A stretch of DNA of 64,000 nucleotides, taken from positions 41,440-105,439 of IMG/VR virus record IMGVR_UViG_3300044630_004416, one strand, 5' to 3'. A program made the translations under genes and the position numbers. The DNA comes from a virus (lineage: Duplodnaviria; Heunggongvirae; Uroviricota; Caudoviricetes). The notes beneath the pieces were generated by a model, which was not told the DNA's origin, ran no database searches, and saw only the letters and a program-made list of their open reading frames with translations. Within the stretch, counting starts at the first letter, position 1. Each line of letters opens with the position of its first letter. This document shows, in pieces, positions 20,457-30,584 of this stretch.

Positions 20457-23400
20457 TTAGATAAATTTATCGTAAACTACCAAATCATTTATAGAATGAC
20501 TGGATGCTGTACTACCAGCAACACCTCTTGTACATCCACTAATTACATTTGTTGTGCTATCAACATATGTGTAATCAATTGCTTCATTGTCAATGAATAC
20601 TCTAAAATTATCATAACCATATCCACCATTTCTAACGTTAACTGCAGTAAAACTTCCAGATGAATTAATCACTGGTTCTAATACACATCCACTTCCACCT
20701 CCTCCAGTAACAACCAATTCGGTGTCTAAATCATTGTAGTTACTTCCTCCTTGAGCAACTGAAACTTTTACAACTTTTCCTCCACTGACAAATATAGTAA
20801 ATGACGCTCCACTACCAGTAGCAGAAACACTAGATACTGTTATTGTTGGTGGATTTTGTTCAAAAATAGAAGTTCCAATAACACTAAATGAAGTAGCTGA
20901 AGAATTCATCGCAGCAGATAACTTAGTACATTTTCTAACTTCATTACTTGTGAGTAACTGTTTTCTTTGTACATAAGCATAATTTGTCAATTTAACTGTT
21001 GGAGTGACATAAGTATTGTAACCAGGATATTGGAAGGTAAATGTGGATTGAACTTTACCATTTTCATCAACAGAACCTACTACTTTTGGACCAACTCCGC
21101 TACCAATAGTTCTAATTATTGGAGGATTTACATATCTGTATCCAGAATTTGTTACATTAATTGAAGTAACAATTCCATTTTGAATACTTGCAGTTGCACT
21201 AAATCCAGTAGCATCTAATTGAGATGGAGTTGTTGTTGGAGTATAAGTTTCTGTTTCAAGGATAGTTGGACAAATTATATTAGTAACAGTTCTAGTTCCA
21301 TATTCTCCAGCAATTTTAATAGTATCTCCAACAGAGACTTGATTATCATAACTATCAACTTTAATATCATCCACAGTTCCTACAAAGTCTAATAGTACAA
21401 TTTTTGATGTAGTTGATGCAGGAGCAACATTAAAAATAATTTGATTGTTGTCAACGTAATAATCATAGATTGGACTTAATAGATTTCCATCTCTAATAAC
21501 TAAAATTTGATTTTCATATTTTCTTGGTCTATCTATAATTTTATTTGGATAATATGGATTTCCATTATATGTCATATTAAATGCCTTTGTTGTTCCATTA
21601 AATCCAGAAGTAATGCTGGTTAATTTTCTAAATGCACCAAATGTTTTAATATGGATGACATCAGTTGGAGCTGGAGGAGTTACAAAATCAATCAGAGTTT
21701 TATTTGGACCGTTTAGAGTATAATCTACTCCAGGGTCTAATATTTTATCATTTTTAGTTACTATAATTCCAGTTGGTTCTGGAATTTCTGGATTGTTTAC
21801 AGTTGTGTCTGGATTTCCTTCTGGTGCCAATAATTCATTATATGTACTACTCCAAATAAGTCTAAACTTATCTCTAATATTATCAAATGGAGTATTTAAT
21901 TCATCTAGAACTTTTGCTCCTTCAAATAAATACGCCCAAATATTACTTGGATATGAAGGCGGAGAATCTAAGTAACTATCAAATGTAATTGTATTAGAAT
22001 TTACAAAGGTAAACCCATTTCCAACAGTTTGTAATACACCATTATATGAAACCACCAGACCTTCTCTTTGATATGTTGAAATTGATGAACTTAGTGTATA
22101 GGTATTTCCACTTGTATTTGTCAATGTAATATATTGATTGTTATACATTCCAATCATAAAAATATCATCACCAGTACATGGAATATCAGTTAAAAATGTT
22201 ATTATTGATGAATTTGTAACAGTATAGTCAAGTCCTGGTTGTTTTACAACTCCATTGATTGAAACTAAAATATCTTGACTATCAGTATATGAATTGTATA
22301 ATTCAAAATTTCTTAAAATTCTGAATGTGTCATTTACACAATCAATGGTATCAGATAAATTATCTACTATTGCTTGACCAATTGCAGTGTCATATAAAGA
22401 TACTGTTGCTCCGTTTGTGATTTGATTGAATGTTATAGTAGTTCCTGAGATTGTATATGTTGATGGATGCTGAACAACTCCATTTACAGCAACTAAGACA
22501 GATTCTGATGGAATTGTGCTATTTACTGTAAAATGTAATGGAGTATATGCTACTGAATTTCTAGTAATGTTATATGTGGAAGTTCCAGTAACCATGCTAA
22601 TGTTATCTAACATATTTGCATGAATTAAGTAAACTTTTACTGTCTGAGTATTAATATTTACACTTTGACCTAAAGTAAGAACTTTAGTTGATGAGTTATA
22701 AGACCAAGATGAAGGAGACTGTAGTACCCCATCTACAAAAACTAAAAATGCATCTGATGTATACAATACAGTCGAATCATATGGCATAGAATTTACTTGA
22801 CCAGTAAAATTCACAGTTCCTGCATAAGTTAGTGTTATTGTAGTTCCAGCAGAAGCTTGAGTAAAACCAATTTCAGTGACGGTTCTCTTATTATAATATG
22901 CAAATATATTGTCTGTACTATCAGGGCAATCAGTAAATGTAATTGATGCTGAAGTACTTCCTGCATTTGTTACAACATAATCAGTAGTTGGAGTCTCATA
23001 TGAACCATTTTTAAATACAAATAGTTTATTTGATGCTGAAATATTTGTAGTATCTGTTATTGTGTATAAGTTACTATTGATAAATGTTATTGGGAACTGA
23101 CATGTATTCCCATCAAATTGTTTGAATGAATCTAGTACAATATTTTGATGATTAGTTGGAGTTAACTGTCTAACAAAATAAATTGGTTTAATTAATGTAG
23201 TTTCCTGTGGCTTATCAACAAAAGTAATTCTATGCTTAGATAGGGTATATGCAGTTGTATCTGGTCTCTGTAATACTCCATCACGAATTACAAAAACATC
23301 ACCAGCATTTTTAGTGTATTGAGGAACACCATCCTTAGAAAGAGCAAATGTATCTTTTACTCCATCAAATTGATTTGTTATTGGTTGTAACCATCCACCG

Positions 23401-26400
23401 CCATATGCTCTAACAACGTTATCAGAATCTTTAATTTTATATGAACTATTGAATGAGAATACTGTGGCTTTTGTATTTGCTGGATATGCTTGGTTTGAAG
23501 AATTTTTTATAACAATATTTGAACCACTTGTATAATATTGATTTTCTGAAATATTAGTTCCATTTATAGAGACTAATAGTGAATTGTCTGTAGCTGGATT
23601 TAATATATTAGGATTAGTTCCTCCCAAGCAAGTCATTTTAAATGATGTTAAGCTTCCATTAAATTGGGAACTCAAATCATCCAAAATTTCAACAAAACTT
23701 GATGAATATTCTGGAGTTGAATATCTAAATTTTGTATCTATACCATATACTTTTGTAGATGTAGCATATACTGTTCCATCTAGAACTTCTTTTTCAAGTT
23801 CATAGAAATTGTCTCTTGTTACTACATTATTAGATTCTACCTTTTGAGTTACATTTTTTCTTGTGCAAATGTTGTATAGAGATTTGATGGTATTATCTGG
23901 TAAACCACTTAGGTCAAATTGACCACATTCAATTTGCTCATTTACTTTAAAAATAAAAATGTCAGAGCGAGGTAATTCTTCACTGAAAGTTATTTGATTA
24001 GTATTTACATTATAAGTATAATCTGTAATTAATTCAGATTGATTTATACCATTATAGAATACTACCAATTTACAATCATCATCTACCGAAGAACTCATTG
24101 TAAAAGTAGTATCAGAAGCATTTCCTGATAGTGTTATCGTTGATATTTGTGGATGATAGTATATAAAAACTTTTCCAGTTTTAACTGTATCATTAAATGT
24201 AATTGTGTTATTTGTAGTACTAATAGTATATGTTGATGGGTCCTGAACTACGCCAGACATTGATACTATGAAATTTGAACTTGTAGCAGTTGATACTACG
24301 TCATAAATCAAATTATCTTTGAATAAATTGTATGTACTTTGTGTATTAACTAAGTTAAATGAATCTAGTAAATCAAAATCAGTTTCAAAGAAGAAACCTA
24401 TTAATTCATCACTTGAAACTAGAGGAAATTTTGGAATAAATGCAGTTGGGTTTTCTTCCGTTAGCTGATAACTATAATTTGGTTGTTGTAAAATTCCATT
24501 CCAGAAAATTAATGATTTTTTGTATGAAGAGATGGCAGAATTTGGTAATTCTAATCCTACTGGTATTGATAGAATAATTTCACCAATTATAAATCCTGGT
24601 CCAGAAATAATTTCTACAGTAGCAGAATCATCTAAATTGCTATCTGTTGCATTATTGAATACTTCTGTAACCATTGCAATAGTTTCACTTGAAATTCCAA
24701 ATACTAAATTATATGGAACAAATTTTTTCTCTTCACTATTTGAGTTATTAAATAATAACCTTTGTACGTTGCATGGAGGAGTTTTTAATTTTAGATTAAT
24801 TTCTCCATTTAAAGATATCTTGAATACTAGAGAACTTTGGAAGACTTCATTTAGATTATCAAATAATCTTCTAGTATTTTCAATATTATATTTTCCAAAT
24901 AGTTTAAATCCTGCAGAGTGAGTATTTTTTACTACTGCATCAGTCCAAACTTTTTTATTTTCTGGGTACTTAATTGTATATGAAAAATCTTGATAGTAAT
25001 TACTATCAATTATACGTTGAGAATTTTCACCAATCATTCCAACAGAATCTAAAAATTTCCCTTGTAATTTTTTGGAAGAATCTGATTTTACATAAATTTT
25101 TGGATAATTTACATCATAAATTTTTCCATAATTGATATCATAAATTTCTAATTTAACTACATCTTGAATTTTTAATTTATCATTTAAAATTGGTAATAAT
25201 TCAACAGTAGAATTATTATTGTCAAAATATAAAACTTTAGACTTATTTGTTATGGTTGCAGTACCTGACCCTCTTCCTGGAACTTTTGCAATAAATTTAG
25301 TTCCTACGGTAGCACCAGATGGAGCACCTAGAGATTGCCAATTTGTATTTCCTAAACTTGAAATTTCATATTCAAAATTTGGAACAATTTTATTTGCACT
25401 TACTGTTACAGTATTTGATAGAATAGAACCTACACTCAATCCACGTCGTCTTATTTTTGCTTTTAGTGTAGCACCAGAACCACTACCACTTGTTATTTTT
25501 AATTCTGGTTCTCTTGTGAAATTATAACCACCACCAATAACATTCACCGAGATAATTTCTCCTGCAAATACATATATGTCAAATTTGCACTTTTCAGTGT
25601 CCTCTGTGCTATTATTTACTGTTACACTAACTTCACTAAAATATCCAGAACCTCCATGAATAACTTCTACTTCATATATTTCAAAGTTGTTTTCAATTTT
25701 TGCAGTATATGTTGTGTTAACTTCATAGTGTACATTTTGATTTGTTGGGAAATAATTTCCTACAGAAGAATACTCAACATTTTTAATATTACCAATGGAT
25801 TTGGAATTTGTTTGTAAAATAGCACCAGAACCAGCAGAAGATTTAACTGATGCAATATATGGCAATAATCTATATCCAGAACCAGGATTTGTTATATCTA
25901 CAGTTTTAATTGGACCAGTAGCAGTTTTTGATTTTGTGCTGTATACAATATTAGTAAAAATACAGTTAAGAATATTTGTATTATTCTCTTCGATATAAAA
26001 ATAATTATCCTGCTCATTAATTTCTGTTACCAAATATTTTCCATAAACTTCTGGAGAAGAAGCGTAAATTTGGAAAATTTTAGTACCAACGTGAAGATAG
26101 AATGGTGTAATAATATTTGCTGCATTAATAGTAATATACTTTACTGACCCATTGGTTGTTACACTTATATCTTTATCAAATAATCTATCAGTACCAGATT
26201 TATCGAAACTAAAGAATGGGGAGCTTGTAGTTGTAATTGCTAATTTAAATTTTTTCTTGAAATTTAATGGAACAGAATATAAAGTTTTTCCAGAAATTCC
26301 AGAAATATTGGATGTGAGTTGATTTACATTATCCAAATTAATTTCATACACATCATCATCTTGAGAATAGTCAATATAAACATAATCACCAACTGATAAA

Positions 26401-29400
26401 TCATGCTTTTCTTTTGTCTTTATTTTTACAACATTATTAATAATTGATGTTGTAATATTAAAGCTATAATCAACTTCTTTGCCTTCTACTTGACCAACAA
26501 ACGCAGTAAGGCCATTTCCAAATGTATTTGTATTATCTACAACTAATTGGTCTCCAGTTTTATAATAATTTCCACCATATTCTACATAAATTGAATCTAC
26601 AATTCCAGATGAAATAGAAGTATTTACTAGTGTAGTAGTTTCATTTAAATTATATTGTCTTGGGAAATTAACATTTTGTGGTCTATTTAATCTTATATAA
26701 TTTTTAGGAATATTGTCATTAGTTCTTCCACCACAAGTATTGAATACATCTGGAGTTGAATAATAGTTAGTGCCTACAAAATATGGGAAATTTGCACTAG
26801 CAAAATACGCATAAGTTCCTTCTGGAAATTCTGGTGTTACGCAAAATCTTCCATTAAATTCATCTAGTTTTGAAGTGGAACTTCTGGTAAAATCTTCAAT
26901 AAATGTTCCTAATGCATAAGTTGTAGTAGATGGTCCACCACTTCTAGCTTTAGTCCAATTAGTAGAAGGACACAAATCTATGATGCTACTACTTGAATTC
27001 AATGGGTCACTAAATCCATATCTACCATAAATTGGATTTCCATCATAAGCCCAACCAATAATTGGAGAGTGAGCAGTGGAAGTTATTCCATAGAAAGTTT
27101 CAAAATTTGATGTTACTGTTGTTTGTAGATATGCAGTAGAATTACTTGAATCACTGATATTTTGCTTTGTTACAATTTGTTCATTAAGTGTGCCACTTAA
27201 TGCTCTATCAGAATCTGACGCAGAATACACATATCCACCATAATTATCAATAATATTTTGAATGCTAGGATTTGTGAAAGTTGAAACAATGTTAAAAGTC
27301 CAAGTTTTGATATTAGTTGTTAAAACAGCTAATCTTCCTTTAGCAGTAATTTGTACAATTGGATTTATTGTATAATTTTGTCCACCATTTAATACGTTTA
27401 AACTAACTATTTTTCCAGTTGAAGAATTTATTATGGCTTTTGCTGTGGCATTTTGACCAACACCTTTAATGATAACATCTGGAGTGACAAAGTAATTAGT
27501 ACCCTCATTTACTAATGTAATTGATTGTACAACTCCATTATTAACAATAGCTTCACCAGAAGCACCAGTACCATTTAATGATTGAACTACTGGATTTGAT
27601 GAGTAACTAGTTGAAGTGAATGTTGAATTGGTAGAAACATTAATTACATTTGTATATAATGTTGATACTATACTTCCGATAAATTCTACAATTGATTCTT
27701 GATAATTTGAATCTGTAGAATCATCATTAATTAATGGAATATCATAGGTTTCAGATTTACCTCCACCTGATATTCTGATAATAGGAGCTTTTGTATATCC
27801 ATCTCCAGAATCTTTAATTATAATTGAATCAATTATTCCATTTTTATAACTTAAATCTAAAATTGCTTCTCTATAAGTATTTGAATTAGTTCCGTTAGTT
27901 GCTGCAATTACAGTAATAGTTGGCTTTTCTGTAAATCCAGATATATTTGAAATCTCAGATTCTGGTAGATTATTTAAATTAATTCCATTAATTTTTGCAG
28001 AAATTAAGAAATTAGTTACTGTTGATGTATTCTCTAAAATTATATCAGTGGATTGATTTCCATTCTTTAAAATTTTAAATTTTGGATAATTTTGTGTAAT
28101 GAATGAAGTTTCATTAGTAGGTACAACATATTCACCACCATCTTGAATTGTTATTTGCTGTAGTGGTCCATAGTTTATAGTATTTCCTTTTGGAGATTGA
28201 ATTTCAATACCATCAACTGTAATTCCAATTGCTTTTGATGCACTGATTGCAGAATCTGATTTTGGAAAATAAGGAATAATTCCAGTTGGACGCTTTACTC
28301 TCTTAACAAATTTTTGTATGTCGTAATTTCTAGTTTGATTTAATGCAGTATTAGAAATTCCATATTTTGGAATTCCAGATGATGACACATATAGATTTTT
28401 TTCATATTCATATAAACCTGTAATTCCAATATAAGAGTTTGATGGTGCTCCAGCAGGCTGAGCAGCAGTTTTTATTAGATGTGTATCATTAACATTCCAT
28501 GATGAATGCAGTGGACTTGAATAGTCTGCATTAATTTTATCAGTAATTGAATAAATTAATTTATTGTGTAACGCACCAGAATTTTCTATGATAACTGGAG
28601 ATGTAAGTCCAAGAACTCTTATTTCATATGTTTTATTTTCTGAGGTATCAGTTCTTACTGCATGGAAATACTTATGTATTGCACTTCCAATGTAACTCCA
28701 TTTGGCAGAACCATCAATCTTTGTTCCACTTACATGAACAGGTGCAGTTGATGATGTAGTGCCAGCTTTTACGCACTTATACAAGTTAAATCCATAATAT
28801 CTTATTTGACCAATGGTTACACTGGTGCTTGCAGACCATTGCTTATCTACTGATAGTTTATATCTTCCATATGCAACAATTTCGGTTCCAACTACTAATG
28901 TAGTTGAACTATCTCTATTACATTTAAAAAATTGATTTGCACTTCTTGAGGCATATTTAATTTTTTGCCCATTACAATATAAAATTCCATTTGAGATTGG
29001 GAATCCAGAAGCATCTTCTACTGTGATAGTAAAATTAGAAGTTGATGTTATCTGAGCTGTTAGTACAGTAGAAGCTGGAGAAATTAGTTGAGTATTATTG
29101 TACTTTCTATTTGTGTTTAATGAAATTTCATATATTTCTCTGGAATCATCTACTTTAATTATATTGTTTCCAGATAATGTAACTTGTGAAATATTATAAT
29201 CAGTATCTGCTTCCTGAACTATTTCGACAATTTCTGGAAAAACATTTTTGTCATCTAATTTATATAATGAATCTCCAATACATTCAACCTTTACTACGCT
29301 TTCATTTAGATAGTTAGCAGAAGATGCTTTAAATAAATTTTCTCTTGGTAATTCTACAATTGGGTCAATTGGAATTATATTTACAGATGGTTGACCCTTG

Positions 29401-30584
29401 ATATTTGGATTTGAATCTTCAGTAGTGTAATTTAAATCTATAGTTGCAGTTGGAGTTTCAAATCCAATACCATAGATTTTTGCAGTTTTTGTGAAAGAAC
29501 CTGTAATATTGTTTAAAATAAGTTCTTCTGTCTCTTGAATCCAATCATAAACTTCACCAGTTCCAATTATATTGCCATTATATTCACAAGTTACTAGTTG
29601 GGATTGATAGAATGTTCTTTCTCTTACTTCTGCTCTAATAGAACCAACATAGTTCTCACCAATATTTTCTACGGTAACGCCAGTTATTGTTCCAGTATTA
29701 GCATTTATTTGAGAAGATGAAATTGTTATTTCTGCTCTTTCTGGACGAATATTATTTGCGTTTTTCTGACCAGTTCCAGAACCATAAACAATAACAAGTG
29801 GAGGATTCTCTGGGTCATACCCTTGACCACCACTTACAATTTGAACATTTCCAATTTTTCCTGAATAATTTAATATTTTTAATTCAGCACCATTTCCTCT
29901 TGGTTTAATTTTTAATTTGACTTGTTTTTTATTGTATAAAATTCTGAAAAGAAACTTATGAGATACTTCAGTTCCTTTGGAAAGATAAAAACTCTTAATA
30001 TTTGTAATTAATGTTGATAGATTAATCTCATCATTTAATACTTCTGGAATATCAGGAAGAATTTCATATTTTACTCTTCTTAAAAATTCATTTACAAAAT
30101 TAAATGCAACATTAGTTACTGGAGATAATTCTGAATGAATATCTGCAGATGAAGAAGTAAATTCTACTTCTTTGTAATCATTGAATATAAATGCAGAATA
30201 TCCTCTTACACAATTTTGAAATTGTGTATCAGTTTTGGTTTTGTAGTAAATGATTTCATTATCAATTAAAATATATCCATCAGTTTCTGGAAACCCGAAA
30301 GTGCTAGTTACAGTAATTGTTGTGTCATTAATAGTCAATTCTTCTCTTAATTGAGTTTTTTCTACTAATGAAGATTTAGTAAAGTGAGTTACACTGTAAT
30401 AGTCAATTAAATTCTTTGTTAAATCAAGTGGATTATATTTCTGTTCTAGTGAACGATAATATAATTCAATAAATTTTAAGAATTTAGGATTATCGTCTTG
30501 AACAAATTGAGGAAATTGCTCAAAGACTAGATTTGATACATTTGAAATTTTTTCTTGTAATGTATACATTTTTATACTAGGCAC
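20457..30584 (-). CDS. giant baseplate/structural protein (3375 aa) at gp7 position
   Basis: 10.1-kb uninterrupted ORF directly downstream of gp6 (13-nt overlap). Repetitive Thr/Ser/Asn/Gly-rich composition. Internal SLGNTNWQSLGAPSGATVGTKF module. Confidence 0.7.
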   Translation of the reverse strand: MPSIKMYTLQEKISNVSNLVFEQFPQFVQDDNPKFLKFIELYYRSLEQKYNPLDLTKNLIDYYSVTHFTKSSLVEKTQLREELTINDTTITVTSTFGFPETDGYILIDNEIIYYKTKTDTQFQNCVRGYSAFIFNDYKEVEFTSSSADIHSELSPVTNVAFNFVNEFLRRVKYEILPDIPEVLNDEINLSTLITNIKSFYLSKGTEVSHKFLFRILYNKKQVKLKIKPRGNGAELKILNYSGKIGNVQIVSGGQGYDPENPPLVIVYGSGTGQKNANNIRPERAEITISSSQINANTGTITGVTVENIGENYVGSIRAEVRERTFYQSQLVTCEYNGNIIGTGEVYDWIQETEELILNNITGSFTKTAKIYGIGFETPTATIDLNYTTEDSNPNIKGQPSVNIIPIDPIVELPRENLFKASSANYLNESVVKVECIGDSLYKLDDKNVFPEIVEIVQEADTDYNISQVTLSGNNIIKVDDSREIYEISLNTNRKYNNTQLISPASTVLTAQITSTSNFTITVEDASGFPISNGILYCNGQKIKYASRSANQFFKCNRDSSTTLVVGTEIVAYGRYKLSVDKQWSASTSVTIGQIRYYGFNLYKCVKAGTTSSTAPVHVSGTKIDGSAKWSYIGSAIHKYFHAVRTDTSENKTYEIRVLGLTSPVIIENSGALHNKLIYSITDKINADYSSPLHSSWNVNDTHLIKTAAQPAGAPSNSYIGITGLYEYEKNLYVSSSGIPKYGISNTALNQTRNYDIQKFVKRVKRPTGIIPYFPKSDSAISASKAIGITVDGIEIQSPKGNTINYGPLQQITIQDGGEYVVPTNETSFITQNYPKFKILKNGNQSTDIILENTSTVTNFLISAKINGINLNNLPESEISNISGFTEKPTITVIAATNGTNSNTYREAILDLSYKNGIIDSIIIKDSGDGYTKAPIIRISGGGKSETYDIPLINDDSTDSNYQESIVEFIGSIVSTLYTNVINVSTNSTFTSTSYSSNPVVQSLNGTGASGEAIVNNGVVQSITLVNEGTNYFVTPDVIIKGVGQNATAKAIINSSTGKIVSLNVLNGGQNYTINPIVQITAKGRLAVLTTNIKTWTFNIVSTFTNPSIQNIIDNYGGYVYSASDSDRALSGTLNEQIVTKQNISDSSNSTAYLQTTVTSNFETFYGITSTAHSPIIGWAYDGNPIYGRYGFSDPLNSSSSIIDLCPSTNWTKARSGGPSTTTYALGTFIEDFTRSSTSKLDEFNGRFCVTPEFPEGTYAYFASANFPYFVGTNYYSTPDVFNTCGGRTNDNIPKNYIRLNRPQNVNFPRQYNLNETTTLVNTSISSGIVDSIYVEYGGNYYKTGDQLVVDNTNTFGNGLTAFVGQVEGKEVDYSFNITTSIINNVVKIKTKEKHDLSVGDYVYIDYSQDDDVYEINLDNVNQLTSNISGISGKTLYSVPLNFKKKFKLAITTTSSPFFSFDKSGTDRLFDKDISVTTNGSVKYITINAANIITPFYLHVGTKIFQIYASSPEVYGKYLVTEINEQDNYFYIEENNTNILNCIFTNIVYSTKSKTATGPIKTVDITNPGSGYRLLPYIASVKSSAGSGAILQTNSKSIGNIKNVEYSSVGNYFPTNQNVHYEVNTTYTAKIENNFEIYEVEVIHGGSGYFSEVSVTVNNSTEDTEKCKFDIYVFAGEIISVNVIGGGYNFTREPELKITSGSGSGATLKAKIRRRGLSVGSILSNTVTVSANKIVPNFEYEISSLGNTNWQSLGAPSGATVGTKFIAKVPGRGSGTATITNKSKVLYFDNNNSTVELLPILNDKLKIQDVVKLEIYDINYGKIYDVNYPKIYVKSDSSKKLQGKFLDSVGMIGENSQRIIDSNYYQDFSYTIKYPENKKVWTDAVVKNTHSAGFKLFGKYNIENTRRLFDNLNEVFQSSLVFKISLNGEINLKLKTPPCNVQRLLFNNSNSEEKKFVPYNLVFGISSETIAMVTEVFNNATDSNLDDSATVEIISGPGFIIGEIILSIPVGLELPNSAISSYKKSLIFWNGILQQPNYSYQLTEENPTAFIPKFPLVSSDELIGFFFETDFDLLDSFNLVNTQSTYNLFKDNLIYDVVSTATSSNFIVSMSGVVQDPSTYTISTTNNTITFNDTVKTGKVFIYYHPQISTITLSGNASDTTFTMSSSVDDDCKLVVFYNGINQSELITDYTYNVNTNQITFSEELPRSDIFIFKVNEQIECGQFDLSGLPDNTIKSLYNICTRKNVTQKVESNNVVTRDNFYELEKEVLDGTVYATSTKVYGIDTKFRYSTPEYSSSFVEILDDLSSQFNGSLTSFKMTCLGGTNPNILNPATDNSLLVSINGTNISENQYYTSGSNIVIKNSSNQAYPANTKATVFSFNSSYKIKDSDNVVRAYGGGWLQPITNQFDGVKDTFALSKDGVPQYTKNAGDVFVIRDGVLQRPDTTAYTLSKHRITFVDKPQETTLIKPIYFVRQLTPTNHQNIVLDSFKQFDGNTCQFPITFINSNLYTITDTTNISASNKLFVFKNGSYETPTTDYVVTNAGSTSASITFTDCPDSTDNIFAYYNKRTVTEIGFTQASAGTTITLTYAGTVNFTGQVNSMPYDSTVLYTSDAFLVFVDGVLQSPSSWSYNSSTKVLTLGQSVNINTQTVKVYLIHANMLDNISMVTGTSTYNITRNSVAYTPLHFTVNSTIPSESVLVAVNGVVQHPSTYTISGTTITFNQITNGATVSLYDTAIGQAIVDNLSDTIDCVNDTFRILRNFELYNSYTDSQDILVSINGVVKQPGLDYTVTNSSIITFLTDIPCTGDDIFMIGMYNNQYITLTNTSGNTYTLSSSISTYQREGLVVSYNGVLQTVGNGFTFVNSNTITFDSYLDSPPSYPSNIWAYLFEGAKVLDELNTPFDNIRDKFRLIWSSTYNELLAPEGNPDTTVNNPEIPEPTGIIVTKNDKILDPGVDYTLNGPNKTLIDFVTPPAPTDVIHIKTFGAFRKLTSITSGFNGTTKAFNMTYNGNPYYPNKIIDRPRKYENQILVIRDGNLLSPIYDYYVDNNQIIFNVAPASTTSKIVLLDFVGTVDDIKVDSYDNQVSVGDTIKIAGEYGTRTVTNIICPTILETETYTPTTTPSQLDATGFSATASIQNGIVTSINVTNSGYRYVNPPIIRTIGSGVGPKVVGSVDENGKVQSTFTFQYPGYNTYVTPTVKLTNYAYVQRKQLLTSNEVRKCTKLSAAMNSSATSFSVIGTSIFEQNPPTITVSSVSATGSGASFTIFVSGGKVVKVSVAQGGSNYNDLDTELVVTGGGGSGCVLEPVINSSGSFTAVNVRNGGYGYDNFRVFIDNEAIDYTYVDSTTNVISGCTRGVAGSTASSHSINDLVVYDKFI

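Noticed and set aside
30572-30584. 13-nt overlap between the gp6 and giant gp7-position genes as a possible frameshift site
   Set aside because: Both ORFs have their own ATG and the overlap is an ordinary out-of-frame stop/start overlap. No slippery sequence noticed.
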